From Candidatus Komeilibacteria bacterium CG11_big_fil_rev_8_21_14_0_20_36_20 (GTDB lineage: Bacteria; Patescibacteriota; Patescibacteriia; UBA1558; GWA2-36-10), in assembly GCA_002787405.1 (NCBI GenBank), contig PCWQ01000007.1:102250-166249 (forward strand): DNA of 64,000 nucleotides, in the 5' to 3' direction. The position numbers and the translations under genes are program-made. Under the pieces are notes generated by a model. It had not been told where the DNA came from, did not search any database, and saw only the letters and a program-made list of their open reading frames with translations. This document shows positions 61,778-64,000 of this stretch, piece by piece (the first letter of the stretch is position 1; each line of letters starts with the position of its first letter).

Positions 61778-62227
61778 ATGAAAAAAACATTAGGTTGTCT
61801 AGCTATTATTATTTTAGGTGGATTATGTATCTACCTAACAGCTGGCCCGGTGTTTGACATGAGCTTTGTAAAGCTCAAAGCTGATAGTAGCGCTTCTAAT
61901 GACCAATCGGCCGGCTTTCTGGAAAAAAACGCAGATCGATTAGTGGGTAATAACCCCATCGACGGAAAAGTAGTTCTATTCTCCCTGCAATATATTGTGC
62001 TGGGCGCAATAATAGGCGCAGGTATTATTATATCAGGAAACCTGCGCTATATGACCCTACTGCTACTAGTAGCTGCCTTAGTCTGGGCGATTACTAACTA
62101 TGGAACCAACCCCTATATCACGGGAGTAACTTTCTTCAAGGAAGGTCTGCTTAATTCTAAGCCAACGAGCTTTGCTGTGCTCTGCGGTTTTATAGGATCC
62201 TTATTTGGAGGCACTGTAGTCAAGTAA
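61778..62227 (+). CDS. Hypothetical membrane protein (stand-alone unit)
   Basis: TTGACA-17-TAGTAT at 61695-61723; GGAGG SD; terminator ~62241-62268. Confidence 0.75.
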   Translation: MKKTLGCLAIIILGGLCIYLTAGPVFDMSFVKLKADSSASNDQSAGFLEKNADRLVGNNPIDGKVVLFSLQYIVLGAIIGAGIIISGNLRYMTLLLLVAALVWAITNYGTNPYITGVTFFKEGLLNSKPTSFAVLCGFIGSLFGGTVVK

Positions 62228-62280
62228 ATCAGTAGGACCCGAGCATGTCTTGAAAACTGCTCTTTTTTATTTAGTAAAAA

Positions 62281-62565
62281 TTATAATTTTGGCGGCTTAG
62301 TATAACGATGCTTGTTTGATTTGTATTTATTATAAAGCCGATCCAGCTGCAAAGTAGTGGACGGCTTAATGTTCTGCATATCCTCAAAAATTTGCACTAA
62401 ATTTCTCATACTAGCTGCCCATTGACGAGGATCCCGATCATAAATATGTTTAGCATGACGGACAACATGTCTTTTAATAGACAAATCTGTTTCATCATAA
62501 GTTATTTTTTTGATCCATTTGCACAAAAATTTATGCTGATCTTTTTTAGAAAGATGATGCCACAT
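62281..62565 (-). CDS. Hypothetical basic protein
   Basis: 94-aa ORF closely coupled to the upstream gene. Confidence 0.55.
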   Translation of the reverse strand: MWHHLSKKDQHKFLCKWIKKITYDETDLSIKRHVVRHAKHIYDRDPRQWAASMRNLVQIFEDMQNIKPSTTLQLDRLYNKYKSNKHRYTKPPKL

Positions 62566-62570
62566 AATGT

Positions 62571-62867
62571 TTAGATTAAAAATCTCAAGCTCTCAACGAC
62601 TTTAACTTCTAAACTACCATTTAACCGGTTAATAAAATCTGTTTGATTATTTTTTAACTTCTCCAGCCAGTCATCCTCCAAAACAGCGAAGGTCAACATC
62701 TGGTTTCTAAAATACAAGGCCTGTACTTTATTTCTAACTTCTTCACCCCAAAACTCAATAATCAGCTGATTAGCTTTCTCTACCACCAAAAAATCATGCG
62801 CCTGCTGATAGACGCCCTTTTTATTCAATCTCTGATTAGCTAAATCTTTAATGCTCTGCCAGCTCAT
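62571..62867 (-). CDS. DciA/DUF721-like protein
   Basis: WQSIKDL..RL..KG...LTFAV...LN..L...VESLRF pattern; 98 aa. Confidence 0.65.
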   Translation of the reverse strand: MSWQSIKDLANQRLNKKGVYQQAHDFLVVEKANQLIIEFWGEEVRNKVQALYFRNQMLTFAVLEDDWLEKLKNNQTDFINRLNGSLEVKVVESLRFLI

Positions 62868-62868
62868 T

Positions 62869-64000
62869 TTATCTATGGTTTATTTTAACAAAAGGACAAA
62901 TCTGATTATAATCACAAGTATTACAAATATAACCGGGCGTAGCTGTAAAATCAGTGGCTAAAATTTGTTCAATAGTCGCCGTTATCCATTCTTTAGTTTT
63001 AACAATCTCTTTTTCAGTACCTAAAAAAGATTCAGGATTATTATTAGTTAAATAATAATAAGTAAGTTCTTTAACTTTAGTTTGAAATACTTCTTTGGCG
63101 GCAATCTGATAAATAAATAATTGCTTTTTATCTTCAAAAGTTAATTTAATTTTTGATTTTCCTGTTTTATAATCAATAATCTGCCATTGCCCCTGATTGT
63201 CAGTATCTACTCTATCTAAAACTCCTCTTAAACTATAATTGCCTACTTTAATATTAAAACCTTTTTCTAAAAATAATGGCACAGTCCACTTATCTTTAAA
63301 TTTCTGATAATAATTTTTTAAGATATCTATGCCTAATTCACGATACTTGTGCTTGTCTTCAGCTGAAGAATACCAATCATCAATCCATGATTCCTGATAA
63401 AATTTTAATAAATCATCTAAAGTAGCTTGTTTTACTTTTTTAGATTTACCAAATAAATCATCTTGCCCTGAATTATTGTTCTCTAAAATTAATTTATAAA
63501 ATTTATAAAGTGTGCTGTGCATTGTTTTCCCAAAACTAAAGACTGCTTTACCTCTGGTGGGCATTTTAACTATATAAGCATAATAATACTGTCGCGGGCA
63601 TGACTGATAGGCCTTAAGTTGAGAAAAAGAAAATACTTTAGGCAAAATATATTTTGATTTGGCTGTTTTTTTATTTATTTCTTTTGGCTCTTTTATTTTT
63701 TGACTACTAATTTCTTGCGATGAAATTTTAATTTCATCAATAAAACGGGAAGGTTTTTTCTTGCTAGCTCCACCATAATCTTTAGCCCAGGTTAAATAAA
63801 CCGCTTGTTTGGCTCGAGTCAAAGCTACATAAAACAACCGCCTTTCCTCCTGCAAATGAGCATCACCGGTTGGTAATTGCTCTTTAATAAATTCTTCGGG
63901 CATCGTAATGGGATCACGCCGCTCTGTTGAGGGGAATCTAAGGTGTACTAAATTCGTAATAAAAACATATTTGAACTCCAAACCTTTAGAACCATGCACT
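62869..64000 (-). CDS. UvrD/AdnAB-type helicase with C-terminal PD-(D/E)XK nuclease (3' part)
   Basis: HGSKGLEF, EERRLFYVALTRAK; FSFSQL...CP, DRVD, IIDYKTG, C..C...CP Fe-S cysteines. Confidence 0.93.
   Translation of the reverse strand, partial: VHGSKGLEFKYVFITNLVHLRFPSTERRDPITMPEEFIKEQLPTGDAHLQEERRLFYVALTRAKQAVYLTWAKDYGGASKKKPSRFIDEIKISSQEISSQKIKEPKEINKKTAKSKYILPKVFSFSQLKAYQSCPRQYYYAYIVKMPTRGKAVFSFGKTMHSTLYKFYKLILENNNSGQDDLFGKSKKVKQATLDDLLKFYQESWIDDWYSSAEDKHKYRELGIDILKNYYQKFKDKWTVPLFLEKGFNIKVGNYSLRGVLDRVDTDNQGQWQIIDYKTGKSKIKLTFEDKKQLFIYQIAAKEVFQTKVKELTYYYLTNNNPESFLGTEKEIVKTKEWITATIEQILATDFTATPGYICNTCDYNQICPFVKINHR

Overview
AT-rich bacterial chromosome segment with most genes on the minus strand. 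Gene content and protein style (compact, no biosynthetic pathways, ftsA-ftsZ-nrdR order, pilin-fused giant surface protein, Asn-rich linkers, core genes mostly without SD sites) suggest Patescibacteria/CPR; this is an inference, not a database result. Core genes: start of the S10 operon (rpsJ-rplCDWB), a split str operon (rpsL-rpsG-fusA // tuf), prfB, ftsAZ, nrdR, hisS, lepB, der, pth, secE-nusG-rplKA, gyrB, pheST, and a UvrD-type helicase-nuclease. Most notable: (1) an ORF-free, ~490-nt, highly structured RNA candidate between fusA and tuf, with tandem sigma70 promoters, a linker-less five-way junction and a terminator, plus two more promoter/terminator-bounded small RNA candidates; (2) a cobalamin riboswitch heading a putative surface B12-capture operon next to nrdR; (3) a ~12.6-kb surface/adhesion locus with two pilin-domain fusion proteins, one of 2733 aa; (4) a tyrosine recombinase next to a dif-like 28-bp site and a co-oriented run of accessory and decaying genes (integron-like); (5) a recurring boxA-like leader motif, usually with a strong SD, on stand-alone genes, and a strong SD on rpsU. 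No tRNA, rRNA or CRISPR array was seen. All structure calls were made by eye and need computational confirmation.
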